DNA of 32,000 nucleotides from Oscillospiraceae bacterium (GTDB lineage: Bacteria; Bacillota; Clostridia; Oscillospirales; Ruminococcaceae), in NCBI GenBank assembly GCA_031547945.1, contig JAVBRN010000005.1:18585-50584 (forward strand). Reading direction: 5' to 3'. The translations under genes and the position numbers were made by a program. Below the pieces are notes generated by a model. The model was not told where the DNA came from. It worked only from the letters and a program-made list of their open reading frames with translations, and did not search any database. How positions within the stretch are numbered: the stretch's first letter is position 1; every line of letters starts with the position of its first letter. Positions 30,594 through 32,000 of the stretch are shown here, in pieces.

Positions 30594-31101
30594 TCTTCGG
30601 TCCTCCAAAACTGTATTTCTATCTATAAGACGCACAAACGAGTTTTTTTGTTACAGCGTTTGTAAAAAATATAACATTCTTTTTTGCGAATTTTGACGAA
30701 TGCAGAGATAAAAACAGCGGATAGAAAAAAATAGGGAACAATCCTTCATATCGCGTATGCAGGGTTGTCCCGTTTGTCTTGAAACAAAAGCAACCATTCG
30801 TTTTGTATATGTTAAATTGGCTGAACTGAAAACAGAATATCGCCCACCAGGACAGATAATATTTGCTACAACGGCATATGAAAAGAAGAAAAGTTGCACA
30901 ATTACATGGATAGCACCATTTTGTTGTATGAAAAGGAGGTGGATTCATTCAAGAAAAAATAGAATGCCGAAGAACAGGGTCACAGACCATCACGTAACAA
31001 CTATTTCTGACAGTTGGAAGAAAGGTTCTAAAAAGTATCTGAGATCCGCAACCGCAAACAGTAATATATGGTTCTAAAAAAACGAAAAGAGGGAGATCAT
31101 A

Positions 31102-32000
31102 ATGCGCCAAACAAGGATAGTGGCACGCATTCTTGCGGTCTTACTGCTTTTCTCTTTCGTGTTTCATGGCTGCGGTGTACCGCAGCAGGAGCCGAATGAC
31201 GAAAAAGCCGATCCCGTTGTTCCAAATCAAACATCATCTTCCAACGTTAACAAGGAACTGAAAGATACCATGCTGTTCTGTATTAAAAGGAGCATTAAAG
31301 GCGGCTTGGAGCAATTAGTTGCCGTAACAAAAGACGGCAGTGAGATTGTCATACTTCCAAATGTCTTGCAGGTGATCCCGCACGTGGCAGGTTCAAGACT
31401 GGGGGAATTTGATTATTTTCAAAACAGGATTTATATCTACTATGGCAAGGGAGAGTTGGGCTTTATAGACTTAAACAGCGGAGACGGTAACTACACAGTA
31501 ACGCATCTGGCAAGCACTGGGCAAGATGCGTTGCTTATTGACTTTGTGGCACTGTCGGATGTTATTTACTTTAGCTATATATCTGATGCTCTTTACACAA
31601 AGTATTCTGTCGCAGACAATGAATTTACGAAAACCTCATTGTCACCCTATCGCGCGGGAATTCTAAAACCCAATCGGACAGGTGAAAACGCAGCCTATCT
31701 TGCGGAAAATGGAGATCTAAAGCTGATCGATGTGCTCACCGGGAATGAACTATTGATTGATACGAACGCGAATTTAGATATCTTTATTTACAAAAACAAA
31801 GTTATATATAGCAAGAAGCTGGACAATGAGTTAAACGGGGCGTTTGTCTATTGTGAATATGATATTGCAAGCGGAGCAATCACACAGATCTCTAGGACAC
31901 TGTCGTTGAAATCGGGCAGGGATGAAAAGGCATACATCGCCCCCTATGAGGACGGATATATTTATTTGGACGAAGGGGAGACAACGTGTCGCATTTTCCT
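31102..32000 (+). CDS. hypothetical lipoprotein, N-terminal ~299 aa (3' end lies outside the window)
   Basis: Not in the ORF track because it is open-ended. I translated it stop-free from ATG 31102 (GAGGGAG 6 nt upstream). Signal/lipobox: MRQTRIVARILAVLLLFSFVFHGCG. It is rich in Y/I/D/N with beta-propeller-like repeats such as IYIYYGK, VIYFSY, VIYSKK and YIYLDEG. It has clearly lower GC than the core genes. Confidence 0.7.
   Translation, partial: MRQTRIVARILAVLLLFSFVFHGCGVPQQEPNDEKADPVVPNQTSSSNVNKELKDTMLFCIKRSIKGGLEQLVAVTKDGSEIVILPNVLQVIPHVAGSRLGEFDYFQNRIYIYYGKGELGFIDLNSGDGNYTVTHLASTGQDALLIDFVALSDVIYFSYISDALYTKYSVADNEFTKTSLSPYRAGILKPNRTGENAAYLAENGDLKLIDVLTGNELLIDTNANLDIFIYKNKVIYSKKLDNELNGAFVYCEYDIASGAITQISRTLSLKSGRDEKAYIAPYEDGYIYLDEGETTCRIF

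Noticed and set aside
30619-31077. ORFs 30619..30948 (minus), 30651..30899 (minus) and 30757..31077 (plus) in the A/T-rich spacer.
   Set aside because: They have no Shine-Dalgarno sequences, they overlap each other, and their products have odd composition. I treat the region as non-coding regulatory DNA.

Overview
This window is the replication-origin neighbourhood of a moderately high-GC Firmicutes/Clostridia-type chromosome; the taxon is inferred from gene order only. Gene orientation flips at about 13.1-13.5 kb.

The left arm lies on the minus strand: ParB-like gene, rsmG, mnmG, dcd, mnmE, jag/khpB, yidC, yidD, rnpA, rpmH. The right arm lies on the plus strand: dnaA, dnaN, yaaA, recF, remB (DUF370), gyrB, a small membrane-protein gene, gyrA. 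The flanks carry the 3' part of ppdK, a Q/P/Y-repeat membrane protein, a GNAT acetyltransferase, two lipoprotein genes, upp, an extracytoplasmic FMN-bind/FAD flavoprotein reductase, a PlsC-type acyltransferase and a few hypothetical ORFs. I see no tRNA/rRNA, CRISPR array, transposase, prophage or recognisable defence/toxin system.

The one feature that standard annotation would not explain is a family of about 265-300 nt intergenic repeats built from nested inverted repeats. There are five full copies (1579-1866, 5051-5350, 24447-24730, 25495-25760, 28678-28964) and two degenerate or rearranged copies (about 7565-7790 and 23570-23715). Hairpins are preserved by compensatory changes, and orientation relative to neighbouring genes is non-random. 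One copy is bracketed by inverted duplicates of a perfect terminator hairpin, and one inverted pair brackets a small lipoprotein gene.

All identity judgements were made by eye. No database or folding computation was possible.
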